Assembly (NCBI GenBank): GCA_964016885.1
Contig: OZ024742.1
Span: 64,356,001 to 64,420,000 of the forward strand
Length of the DNA: 64,000 nt
Direction: 5' to 3'
Source: Eledone cirrhosa
Taxonomy: Eukaryota
The notes under the pieces were generated by a model. It was given only the letters and a program-made list of their open reading frames with translations, was not told where the DNA came from and made no database searches. Position numbers and translations under genes: made by a program. Below are positions 37,930-50,970 of the stretch, piece after piece (position 1 is the first letter of the stretch; every line of letters starts with the position of its first letter).

Positions 37930-38400
37930 ATTAAAGCACCCAAGAAACCACTTATGATAAACAACCTTGTAGAAGGCTAGTTAAACTTACAAAGGTGTGA
38001 GCCATAATAACCTGACAGAACTAAGGCCCCTATCATTAAAACACCCAAGAAAGCATTTATGAGATACAACGTTGTAGGAAGCCAGCAAAAAATGCATAGG
38101 TATGAGCTGTAACAACAACATGATACAACTAGGACTTGTTTCATTAAAACATCCAAGAAACCTCCTATGAAATACAACCTCATATAAGAGTTTCTACTTT
38201 TGGCACAAGGCCAGCGATTACTCCAGTGCACCACTGGTACTTTATTTTATCGACCTCGTAAGGATGAAAGGCAAAGTTAACCTCGGCGGATTTGAACTAT
38301 AAGGACAGCTAAATATGCACAGGTGTGAGCTGTAATGACAACAATATAAGACTGGGAGACCTTTCATTGAAACATCTAAATGAAATGCAACCTTGGAAGA
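37930..38400. repeat. Dispersed repeat of ~105 bp tandem units, interrupted by a truncated SINE A (38190-38298, minus strand)
   Basis: CATTAAAACAYCCAAGAAA..TATGA.ATACAACC..GGTGTGAGCTGTAA repeated 3-4 times; inverse copies at ~19850-20060 and ~52690-53070. Confidence 0.7.
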
Positions 38401-39937
38401 GGTCAAACACCAAATTTAATTTTGTGACTTAAAGTGCACCAATCATATATAAGTGAATTGTAACAATTATATAATTGTAGACTATGTTTTTTTGGTTGTT
38501 TATTGTGTTAGGTACTGTTATTGTTTTTCTCTCAGCCTGGTTTTATCTGCCAGATGGCTTGTTTCCAATGTGTCCTTCACCTAGTGAACTACTCAGTCTA
38601 TTATGGAACTTGGTCCTACCTCTTTGGCAAGCAGTACCAGTTACAATGGCACATTTTCAGCACGTGTTCTTCAGTTCTCATCACATATTTGCAAAATCTC
38701 TCTTCCTCAATACTTAAATGATGACACTCACTCTTTTCAAGGCTACCCCTCACAATCCAACGTTTACTCTCTCCTCCCAAATCACATCTCTTAATCTTCT
38801 TCCTCATCCAACCCATACCAGCATGGAAAGACAAACACACCCCACAATATACTGCCAAATCCCTCACTCCCCTCAAGACCATCTCCATGACCCAACACTC
38901 ACCTTCCATAACATACTGTAGGATGACTTTTTGTGGCAGCATGTAGGTGCCACAATAAAATATACTCAGTACATGCTATAAACTGGTTCATGTTATAAAT
39001 AACATCCAGCTGTAAAAATCATGCCACAATGGAGTGTATAAGCAAGGTGAAGCTATCTTACTTGCCTCTCTCATCTTAGAATGTGACAACCTGCTCAACC
39101 TACTGCCAGCATGGAAAATGGATGGAAAACGATGATGATCGTGAGAAAAAAATATAAAGACACACACCCACATACACAAATTAACATGACAACCTCCCTA
39201 GTGCTTGTGTCATTATAAAATCCACTTAGAGCATGGGACTGTTGTAAACGAGATGTGGATCCTTGGTCTGTTTGGGAAGTCAGTAGCTCCACTTGAGTAC
39301 TGACTCAGTCTGTGAAGACACATCAAACCCTTACTAGCAGGTAAAATAAATCCCAAAATGATGATAAGCAAAGTTGAGCTTGCAGGATTTAAACTGAGTG
39401 CAGAGAGCCAGAACAAATATCATGAAACATTCTATCAGATATTCTAACAACTGCCAATTTGCCTTATATTTACATATTGGGGCTAATTCATTTGACTACT
39501 ACTTACAGCAATATCCTCAGCATCCACAATGTCAGACACTACCATTGTTGTCAATAGCTAGTCTCATTACATAACTACAGCTGTGAAGAAATAAGGGGCC
39601 AAAGTATCTCTTTGTAGCATGCCTACATGAATCCTGAAAAGGTTTGTTTTACCATCTGGAGACAACACTCTAGCTCTTGTGTCCTCATAGAACAAGGTGA
39701 TTGCATACACAAGCTACTCAGGTATTCTATAAACACAAGATTTTCATTATCTTACCTCTGTGAATGCTGTTGAAAGCTTTCTTGAAATTGACAAAAAGCA
39801 ATATTGCTTTTAAATTGTTTCTTATGACACCTTTGATGATTGTCACGAAAGCAAAAAATATACAAGATATAATTGATCTGAAGCCATTCTGATTTGTTTT
39901 AGATGAAGTTCAAGATGTAGCTGATTTTTTATGCAAA

Positions 39938-40419
39938 TCTTATCTATAATAAAGGAAGGTCTTCGGGATTGCGTCCAGAATATATTTTTTTACCCCATTT
40001 GTAAAATAAGTTGGATTACTTTGAATAAATAATGAATGAATATTACATAATTTATGTACTAAATTTTGTGGCTGTTGATTAAATATATCTTATAGCTTAT
40101 TTAAAGATCTTTAAAATTATCAAATGTCAACACTTCCGGTTAGCGGCCGTTATATTATAACACTTATAATCGCATATATTTCTGTCGCTAATTTTCTCCT
40201 AATGCAGTTTATATATAATGTCGTCTTTTTTTAAATATATCATGGATTACTGATTACAAAAGACAGTGTAACATAGGCTTTGTTCAATTTCTGTGTATAT
40301 TGTCAATTACGATTTTATTTGATGTATCATATTTACATGCATATATATTTGTGTATAATATCAATATAGACACTATACATGCTAGCAGAAAACCACCCGT
40401 AGGGTGGTTTTTCTGCTAG
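39938..40419 (+). mobile_element. Non-autonomous Helitron (482 bp)
   Basis: Starts TC after host A, ends CTAG before host T, no TSD; 3' hairpin CTAGCAGAAAACCACCC-GTA-GGGTGGTTTTTCTGCTAG. Second copy at 55650-56130. Confidence 0.88.
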
Positions 40420-41519
40420 TTATGTTAAACTTATCAATTGGTATTTTATTGTACTAGGATTTTTTCAACACGCTGATGCGTATATGTATATGTGTGTGCA
40501 TGTGCATATGCACGAGTATATAAATATAAACGCGTAAACACAGACACACTTACAAAGATACACATTCACAGACATACATTTACACAAACACACACACACA
40601 CAGATTGTGTGACAGATGGACAGAAGTCGCTCAAATTTATATATAGATAACCAAAGCCACCAGATTTAGAGGTTTTGAATCAATTATTAACTACTACTAC
40701 TAATACTGAATTCATCCACTTTGTGGTGACATGATAAAACCTTTCCATCTCACGTGATCCAACATTAATTGCCTCAGTTCTTCATTGAATAATTCTGTAT
40801 CTTCCTCAATGATCATTATTAACTATTGTTGCTGTCTGTCACTTTCTATCAAAATTTTGTTAGAGAATTGAAAAATGATATTGTCAATACTAGAAAGCCT
40901 GTCAGGCCTGTTACAGATCAAGTATTTAATCAGAGCTATTGTCTTTCTAGACCAGTTGAGGGACCATATCTCACTCAACATTTTCCATTTTTGGCATGGT
41001 TTCTACAGCTAAATAAATGCCAATCACTTCACAGATTGTCCTGAGTGTATTTGATCGTGGCATCAGTGTTGGCTATCTACTGAACATACAAAACCACAAT
41101 ACAAAATATATGGTACATTGTAAATGTCAAAAGCAGTCATTCAACAGTGTGTGAGTGTGCATGTGATATTAACTAAGTTATCAATGCATGTGGTTCTAGT
41201 TGCTAGATCTTAAACATTATATGACACACTAATAAAATTTACAAACCAGTTTTAGGTGAGGGTGACAGCAACCGCCATGTAAAAAGATATTTTCAATTGT
41301 TTATTTTTATATTTGTCACGTGTGGTTGACTCATGGGGTTATGCTAATATCATCATCATTTAATGTCTAAATTAAACATGTTTATGAATGAATGCATAAA
41401 GAATGCATTGTAGTGTTGTATCAGATTTCTCATGTTGTGTATTTTAATATTAGAAAAGTTTGTCATATGAAAAATGTTCTTTTTATCCATTCAATAAAAT
41501 ACTTTTATCTAAAATATTC

Positions 41520-42200
41520 ATGAGCAATAGTACTAAATGCAAGAGGATGAGTTACGAAGTTGTTTTTTTAAGTTACGTGTTATTGGTTATGCCAAGGTAC
41601 ATGGCAATCAGAGAGCTGAGATGGAGTTTTTAAATGTCTGAAAAAGTGGCTAAGGACTGAAGAAAAAATATAGACAGCCTTAAGAATATATCAAAAACAT
41701 AAGCTGGGCAATATGCCATTTCTTCCTAAGAAAATTAAAAAAGGATTAATAGACTCAAGTGTGCAAACTATGTTTAGATGTACTTATTGTATTTGATACA
41801 TCAATTAGCAGCAAAGCATTACAGATTTCCATGTATTTAAAATACAATATGACAGAAGTTCCATACACTGGCAGGTTAGTGGACCAAGTTCAAAAACTTG
41901 GAATGACTGACACTAAAACAGTTAACTCATATTGCCCAAAAATCATAAAAGGATGTGGACAATAAAGCTGAATAGTTTCATAAGTTTGTAATTAATGAAT
42001 GGAAACTTTGTGATTATAATTTGTTAATAAATGGAAATATGAATGAAACACGAAAATTGTTTGACAAGCCATGTACTGCCACTATTAATAATATTACAGG
42101 ATACAACAGTCTTTAATGTAAAAAAAACCCCACTGGCTACAAGAAATAACTCATGCTAGATTTAGCTTGCATGGTTGATAGAACTACTGAATATACTTAT
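41520..42200 (+). pseudogene. Fossil pogo-family (Tc1/mariner superfamily) transposase
   Basis: MSNSTKCKRMSYEVV/FKLRVIGYAKVHGNQRAEMEF..SEKVAKD*RK resembles the Brinker-type HTH of pogo transposases. GNMNETRKLFDKP..TGYKK*..LACMVDRT resembles the DDE_1 N-terminal motifs (GNMDETP..FD.P..TGHEK...TV.LAC.ADG.K). Frameshifted and truncated. Confidence 0.7.
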
Positions 42201-42794
42201 AGGTAAGCCAAAAAATATGTGACAAAAAAAAAGGCAATAAAATGGGGATGGGGGCTGTTTCTGGCTTATAAACAAGGTCAATATTTTGTAGATTTTTCAC
42301 CAATTTCAATATCTATGTAAAAAAAAGGTGGCAAAATATATGGAGTGATACCTACAGATACTTCCAATAAGTGAGTGAAAATGACAATATTTCAAACTTC
42401 TATAATACTTGTAATGCACACACACATGCAAATATATCAGCAAAATATGCAATTTCATAGAAGTTGTGAAGAAACAAATTGAGATGAGGGTATAGCTAAG
42501 AGATGCTTTTTATAGTGAGTCTGGTGTTAGGATGAGATGGTTGTGTTATAGTGTTGATTCAATTTTGTGTGTGTACTCACTTGTGGATTGCTAAGTGGTG
42601 TGGTCACTGTTATGTAGAGTGTAGGTGAAGGAGATTGATGTGCCTGATACAGTGTGAATAGATTTTGACCTTTTTTGTGGGTGTACAAGTGGGTAAGTAT
42701 TCATTATGATGATGATTCCTTGGGTAAGTGATTTATCCTGATCACATAGGGAATGAAATATATAAAGCACAATAACACAAAGCTGCTATATTAC

Positions 42795-43140
42795 TTCTTC
42801 GTCCACTTATTCCAGATAGGGTTGTGGTGGCAGAGTCTTCAAACACTGCTTCCAGTGGGTCCTGTCAGAAGCAACTGTCTCTAACTGATCCTGCTGGATT
42901 CACAAGCAAGACCAACCAAGCTCATGGATGTTATCCAACCATCTTGCTTAGGGTCTCTATCTGGGTCTCCTGCCAGTTGGTTTTGCCTGTAAAATCTGTC
43001 CAGCGATTCTTTCCTGAGACATTCTAACCACATGCCCATAGTATCGGAGCTATGATCTCACAATTCGGAGAAGTAGTAGCTCTACCTAGAGTGACTCTCT
43101 GATCTCTGAGCTATGCACTTTATCGAGTAACATTACTCCA
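42795..43140 (-). mobile_element. RTE (Expander/REX3-like) LINE 3' fragment
   Basis: Minus strand LDKVHSSEIRESL*VELLLLRIVRS*LRYYGHVVRMSQERIA..PTGRRPR*RP..RWLDNI. Confidence 0.8.
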
Positions 43141-44236
43141 AAGACCCAATGTATTCTCGGCAGAGCTGTTCTGATAGAGAACAGGTCATAGGTGGCAGAA
43201 AGCGATGCGGCCACCAGATATGATGGCTAGTTGCGATATAAGTAGGCAACTGCCGGACAAATAATCCATCTCTGACCAACAGCGCTATATTACTAATTTA
43301 TTAAATCTAACTTTCGTCGAAGTTATACAACAATATATGAAGAACAAATAACCACAGTTGAATTGTGTGATGTTATGTATCAGGCATGACGTGTATGCGT
43401 GTTTGCCTGCAAAGGTATTATTAAAAATGTATTTACAATATTGATGGGATGAATTTCGCTGGCCTGGCTGAGAGAGAAACCAAAAGAAAGAAAAAGAGAG
43501 ACCCAAAGGGGCCAGTGCGTGAGACAGTTGACCACTACATCTTAGCTGGTCAGTATGAACTCTGCAAGTGTTGTGGTTGACTATGGGATCAGGCTATTTA
43601 TCAATATTCCATTTTTTTGTCTCCAGACACACACAAATGGAACTTATCTATGAGGCTTTCATAGGTCAACTTAATGGTAGCTGCTTGAGAGCATGAAAGA
43701 AACTCTATGGAGGAGAGTATCAAATTACTGTAGTTATCTGTGCACACACATTACACTTTGAAAAGGCTTACTGAACACAGAAGCCAAAACCACTTGGTGC
43801 CGTGGTCGGGGTTTTACATATCTCTATACCCACTCTGCACCAATCCAATTTATATATATATGTGTATGCAAAAGCAAACAGAAATAACAATGCAAACAGT
43901 ATAATTATTAGTTTTACGCTTGATATAGTAGGAAAAGAGTTAATGTTTTTCATCAGAAAATAGAATGAGAAATAGAAAGATTGATATATATGATGGCTGC
44001 AACTCGATTTTGAGTAATGCCACCACTTGATACTTAAGCATGAGCATCACGGATGTTGCTTTTTAGTCCTGCTAGGGACTCGCCTATTGCCCGCAATATC
44101 ATGCATCATAAAACATGTCACATATCAAACGATGCCTGTGCTTGAAACTTTTTTAAGCAAGGAAAGGCTTTGCATGGGCCAATCCCACTCTCTGAATATT
44201 GAATGCATTTACCCAAAAAGAAGAACTATATATATA

Positions 44237-44852
44237 TGTGTAATAGTAATATATGCGAATGGCAAAGCATAAACGAATTAAGAGAGAGAATAAGCATAAG
44301 AGGAATCAAATGTTGTGTGCAGGAGAGGAGATTGCGTTGGTATGGACATGTGATGCGTATAAAGGGTGACAGTTGCATAAAAAGGTGCAGAGCACTAAAA
44401 GTTGATGGAAGCCATGGAGTGGGGAGACCCAAGACCTGGGATGAGGTGATAAAAACTGACCTTGCCCAATTGCACCTCTCAAAGGTGATGACACAGGACC
44501 GAGACCTCTGCCATTATGCAATAATACAGAAGACCCGACTTCCCATGGGTACAAGCTGAAGCATATAGGCAATATGCCCCCATGCCCCTCCCACTGTAAA
44601 GTAGTCGTGTAGGTGTCATGACAAAAAGCACCCAGTCCACACTGTAAAGTGGTCGTGTAGGCGCCACAGTAAAAAAGCACCCAGTCCACACTGTAAATGA
44701 GGTTGGTGTTAGGAAGGGCATCCAGCTGTATAAACTGAGCAAAAATCAGTCCTGTATGAGCAAGGCATGGTCACTTGACCTGGCATTGCCCACAACAGGA
44801 CAACCTGTCTAACCCATGCTAGCGTGGAAATATTGACGTAAAACGGTGATGA
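44237..44852 (+). mobile_element. 5'-truncated RTE LINE with long 3' module
   Basis: ORF 44203-44559: LRERISIRGIKCCVQERRLRWYGHVMR..GRPKTWDEVIKTDL; then ~48 bp internal repeats, GGAAGGGCATCCAG and tail ACCCATGCTAGCGTGGAAA..GATGAT. Confidence 0.9.
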
Positions 44853-45827
44853 TACATACATACACACACACATACATATATAGTCCTTTGAAACACTCTT
44901 TCAATAAAGTATCAAAACTTTCAAACATACTTTTATGAATATACTGAGACATGCACAGATGCACATGAACACAAATTTATAATCATGCATCGACGTTGAC
45001 ATATACACACACACTTCTGGCCAGACTATCATCATTATTATAATTTTATATCCATTTTTCCATTCTTGCATGGGTTATAAACGTATTTAATGTATACATA
45101 GACATGTTTCATTTGATTTGTATGTTAAATAAAAAGCTGTTACATTCGGAAGATGGTGCTATTGTTAACTGGTAAAAGGAAGTAAACAACAATTTGTTTA
45201 AAACTTTATAAAATGAATGAAATGGTAAAAAATCATTATGTAATGGCATTGTGAATCAAAAACTATACTCCAAATGACATTTTAGATAACAAAACTACAG
45301 AAAAATATTCTCCACACGTGGGAATTTACAAAACTATGCCCTCTAAACAGAATGTGTTGATTAACAGGGTTTGGATTTTTGCCCACTTCTCAGACATAAA
45401 ATGGGGGTGGGGGTATCATATTCAAATTGGCTTATACACTAGTCATCATCATCGTTTAACGTCTATCTTCCACGCTAGCATGGGTTTATGGTAAGCTAAA
45501 ACCTAAGGTAATTCTTGAAAGGGAAACAATACCGAAGGAGTATTTTCCAAATCAAGTGTCAATCAATGTGCACTGCAAAGGATGGATGGATGACAATTTA
45601 ATTTGGTTAGACAAAGTGTGGTTAAATAAGCTTGGATCTCTACTGGAATTAACATCCATGTTAGCGTGACATCAATTTTGTGTATATTTGTGAGAATAAA
45701 TTAACTGAAACAAGGCAAATTGTTATCCTAGCCAGATGTAGCATCATTTCTACAACCATTGAATGTTTTACAGTTTAAAATACATATCAGAAATTCATGA
45801 AATACATGGGTAGTTTTAATAAACAAT

Positions 45828-47079
45828 TTAACTTGTCTAAGACTAAAGTTCTAGTATGTAGAAAGGAGAATAGGGCACAGGTGCCCTCTGGGATATGGCC
45901 ATGCTCAGTGTGTACGAAAAGAGTAGTAGAAATTCCATTCTATGTCCCAAATGCAAACTATGGGTACATAAAAGATGTAGTGGGATCACAGGCAAGCTAT
46001 CTAAGAACGTACATTTTATATGTGGCCGATGTTCAGGTGCAATAAGTAGCAGGTTCCCACAGGACACTAGCTCCTTCTACTGCCCAGACGGTTCTATAAA
46101 AATAGTGGACACTCTCCGTTACCTGGGTGGCAAAAAATCAGCAGTGGTGGAGGGTGCTTTGAAAGTACAGTAGTCAGAGTTAGAACGGGATGGAAAAAGT
46201 TCAAAGAGCTTATACCGCTGTTGGCCACAAAGGTTTCTCTCTGAAAATGAAAAGCAGATTGTATGATGCTTGTATACAAACAGCATTGTTACATGGCAGT
46301 GAGACATGGGCATTGTGTGCAGAGGACCTGAGCAGACTGGAAAGGAACGAAGCATGCATGCTCCGTTGGATGTGTAATAGTTATATACACGAACGGCAAA
46401 ATATAACTGAACTAAGTGAGAAATTAGGAATAAGAGGGATCAGATGCTGTTTACTCGAGAGAAGACTACGTTGGTATGGTCACATGATGCGCACAAAAGA
46501 CGACAGCTGTATAAAAAAGTGCAGGGCGATCAAAATTGATGGAAGTTACAGAGTAGGTAGACCCAGAAAAACCTGGGACGACATGATAAATTCTGACCTT
46601 GCACACTTTCATCTCTCTAAGACAATGTCACTGGATCGAGATCTCTGGTACCACGCAGTAATACAGAAGACCCGCCTTCCCTACGTGGAAAGTTAACCTA
46701 CAGTCAGTAGGCTCCTCCAAACATAGACCCCAACCCACTACCCCTACTCCATCCTTCCACTCCCACCAACACCACCCCTTTCTCTATAAAGTTATGTTGG
46801 TACCACAACATCCAGTCAATGAGGTCGTATAGGTGTCACGACAAAAAAACATTCAGTCCACGCTATAATGTGGTCGTGTAGGTAACACGGTAAAAAGCTC
46901 CTAGTCCACACTGTAAATGTGGTTGGTGTTAGGAAGGGCATCCAGCCGTAGATAACCTGCCAAATAGTCCTATACAAGCGAGACACAGTCACCCAACCAA
47001 TCTTGCCTCAAGTGGGACAATTCCCGTCTAACCCATGCTAGCATGGAAGATAGACATTAAAAGATGATGATGATGATGG
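45828..47079 (+). mobile_element. 5'-truncated RTE LINE with PHD-type Zn finger, C-terminus and long 3' module
   Basis: NLSKTKVLV..WPCSVC../NSILCPKCKLWVHKRCSGI..FICGRC..IVDTLRYLG, then ORF 46190-46696 (LYDACIQTALLHGSETWAL..RLRWYGHMMR..GRPRKTW); tail (GAT)n at ~47063-47079. Confidence 0.92.
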
Positions 47080-48977
47080 AACTGATTAAAAAAGAAAAAG
47101 AGTTGCCTTAAAATTGCCAAGTCTAGACATAGTTAGTCAATGAGTAAAATACATTTGGGAGAGAAAACTCAATAATATGATTGTAAAGTCTTTCATAGTG
47201 TTGTATTGAATTGAATTGAATTATTATTGTCCCAGTGGCGTTGATCTTGGTAAGGATAGAAATAGTGAGGGGTTTCAAGAGTGACAATAGGGATGAAAAA
47301 TGTTTAAGCTTTTCTTGCAATGCTTCACAAAAATATTATTGAAGTTGTACACATGTTATATTAAACTTCATTTGTTAGATTAGCACATTGTTTATGGATC
47401 TCAATGGTATAAAATGCACCAAGTACACTCTGTAAAGCTGTAGTTACTCAGGAGAATTGGAATAGGAGTCCAAAGTAACATGTTAAAAGCAATATTACTC
47501 TCTTGATTTCAAAAAATCCAACAATACACTACAAAACTTCATTGACATTTATCTAAACCCCTTCCATCATAATGTCATGTAAGAATATAACTTAAGTTAT
47601 GTTTCAAACAACTTGATAATGAGAAAATTAGTTATTTTACTAAATCCCTCCAAACTCTTGATTATTTTGAAAATCATAGGCAGTGTCTTTCATTCAAAAT
47701 ATGGCAACAAACAGGTTAAAATACAGAAAAGATGATGTCAGTATTACTGAAATGTCTTATTTTTATTACACTATGTAATGAAATGAATAAAATGTGCTGC
47801 TTCATGTGATTAAATAAATAAAATATAATTATCAAATATAGAGAATCAAGAGCTGACTAACATTGGTTGAACTTAAGAGCTATCATAAGATATGTTTACA
47901 TGTAGTTTTATTGGATATATTTCGGAGGGCAAAATACATTTAGGTTTGAATATTTTGATGGAAATTTCATCCAAGCATATATAAACAGTACTGATAAACA
48001 CTGCATATGACTTATGTGCAGATCAAATACTGAGCCAAGAATGTAAACAATGGAAGGTTTAAGGAGTGTGAGTAAGATTGGAATTTAAGAGTATGTTATG
48101 CTTTTTGCAAAGGCTACGACAACACATAGTAAAAATAATATAGTTTTATTCAACTATATTTATAGGCTACGTTGCAAAAAGAAAAACATACTCTTAAATT
48201 AGTCAAGAATGTTACATATAAAACATGGGAGCAACTTACACATGAGTATATATGGTATATCTTGTAATATATACACTATATACAAATATTATAAGATGAA
48301 TGTACAAATTACCTCCTTATAGTTGAGGGTCAGCAACCCCAGACACAACTACCATTTTTCTAACCACTCATTGTGCCTTGATGCTCTCTTAAAGATGACT
48401 AGAATTGGTGCGACCTAAGTTCTCTTCCGACCTGATTTACTGTTAGAAGTTGACTGTTAGACTTCACCTCCATACAGGTACTCACAAACAGTAAATGTTT
48501 ATGTTTAGAGTTGTCCTCCTTGTCTGGCTGCCTTCCAAGATATAACTACAATATTTAACAGTCCCTTTTGCAGAGATTGACCACTTAAAAAATGTTAGTC
48601 AATTAACAGTTATTACCACCAGAGAATGACAATTATTACAAGAAAATAAGATAATAATCGTATGATAGAATAACAGATATTACTACAAGAGAATAACTTA
48701 TTACTATGATTAAATAACAGCTATTACTATGAGAGAATTTCCAAGTAGATTTTTCACTTGCTTATCCTTCAGTCCAATTTCTTCCTCAGTTTATAGAAAA
48801 ACAACACCTCATTTCATCTGTTCCTACAAAATTTACAATAACTTGATCTACAATAATTAGAACAGGACTGTGATTAGAACGTGAAACATTACACCTAATA
48901 TCTGCAAATATTTTAATAGGTATTTAACTTAATACCTGCTACTATAAACTTTGTTGTTCCAGAGAGAGAGAGTGTGC

Positions 48978-49031
<54 letters not shown>

Positions 49032-49074
49032 GTTTATGTGTGTATAACCATACATGTATCTTACAAATATTCAG

Positions 49075-49500
49075 AGGTCACTCTAGAAGTAGCTGATATG
49101 TTTTGATACACAGGTAACCTAATTGGCAGTGGAGGAGGGTGGTCTGAAATCATTGTAACCGGAATAAGAATTTGGTGGAAAATGTTCAGGAAGCTACTAC
49201 TTCAGCTGGCAACTTAAGGATTCAATCTACAATAAAGGGCAGTTTGTCTGCATGAATTTTGTGTAAGAATTGTGGTATTGCATGGTAACAAAATATAGGC
49301 ACTGCATGCAGAGAACATGCCAAGGTTCGAAATAAATGTGGCAGGTATGCTCCACTTGATGTGTAATGTTAATGTTTATGAACGACAGAGGGAAATGAGA
49401 GAAAAACTAATTATAAGTGGAATCAAATGTAATAGAGAAGACTAAGCTGGTGTGGACATGTGATATGTATGGATGATAACAGTTGGATAAAGATGTACAA
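49075..49500 (+). mobile_element. Old RTE 3' coding fragment
   Basis: Diverged homologue of 1690-2060 (CTAGAAGTAGCTGAT..TGGAAAATGTTCAGGAAGCTACTAC..TGGTGTGGACATGTG). Confidence 0.7.
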
Positions 49501-50588
49501 CTGAACTGTTCTTTCTAGGATCCATTCAGCTCAACCGATATTGTATCTCTGCATCTAGATAACTGACTTATTCAATATTGACATTGCAACCCTTAATTCA
49601 ACGTTTGTAGGTCGAAGGGCTAGGAGGGGACTCTATAATGGTCAAAGTGTTTAAATTGAAACCCATGCTAGCGTGGAAGATGGATGTTAAACCAAGATGA
49701 TGATGATGATATCATAGAGGTAAGACACAAGAGTTGGGGTGGAGTTAGATGGAGAAGGTATACAGCTAATTAGTTCAAAAGATTAGTAGTAGAGTGTATG
49801 TGTAATAGTGGAGGTGGTGGTGATAGTAAAAGCAAAGGGAGGAAACAACAAGTCTGTGAGCTCCTGATTATAACATGTTCGTCAGTGAATCAGAAGATAA
49901 GATAAATTATCCTTCTTGGATGTCTGTGTAGATAGCTTTTAGTCAGTGAGAGAATGGCAGCATCTATGACCCTTTATATTTTCAGGCCAGATCTATAATT
50001 TGGCCTGAATACTGGCAATAGAGTGGACTCTGCTAAAGACACACAAGGACCAGGTGGTGGTGTTAAATTGGACAATACAGTGTACTTTGCTTAAGGTACC
50101 CAAGAACAATGTGGTGATTTAAACTGGACAATAGATTAAGTCTACTACACAAGGACAAGGTATTGATGTTAAACTATGTGATGAGAACTCAGAATGCAAA
50201 GAGCCAGAACAAATACTATAAGACAACTTACACATTATTTTATAGACCCTGAGAGATAGAAGGCCAAATGAACCTTGGCTGGATTTAAACTCAAGAGTGC
50301 AAAGAGTAGGAACACATATTGTTAAGACATGTTTTAAAAACTCTGCCATACATATGACCAGAACTACAATGTTGGTCTTACTTGAACTTTTTATGTACAA
50401 GGATTTAGCAAAAGGTTTCCAGACTGCACAAGCTGTAATTATATTGTTCAAATAAAAATATATACAGTTGATTATCATTGATAGCTAGTTGACTGAATGA
50501 ACCTACAAATAAGCCTTGTGCTATGTGTTCAATTAATTTGTGAGGTTTTTGTAATGTTTTGTTACAGTGGCTCCAAATTTTTTTTTAA

Positions 50589-50808
50589 CCCTTTAGCATT
50601 CACATTATTTTATATATACTATTATATTTTCATGGTAAAGGCTTTACCTCGCATAATTATCTCACATAATATCGAATCTATGAGATTTTGAAAGTATTTA
50701 TTTTGAGAACAATACCTTAACATCAGTTTGAGCGACCTGTTACAGCCAGTTTCAACAGAAATGGGTAGAGAATTCTGGCCGGTTTTGGCCGGTTTGAACA
50801 CTAAAGGG
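50589..50808 (-). mobile_element. TTAA MITE copy, reverse orientation
   Basis: TTAA (50585-50588) CCCTTTAGCATT..CACTAAAGGG TTAA (50809-50812). Confidence 0.92.
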
Positions 50809-50970
50809 TTAAAAGATGGACAATTTGAAAAATGTGCCTGCATCAAATTTTTAAGTCCAGTAGCACCCATTCAGCCTCAATTTCATCTTGAGGGATCATT
50901 AAGTGACTGGAGAGATAGATCATGCATAGATGGATGGTGTAAACAAATTTGAGAACATTATATATGTTGA

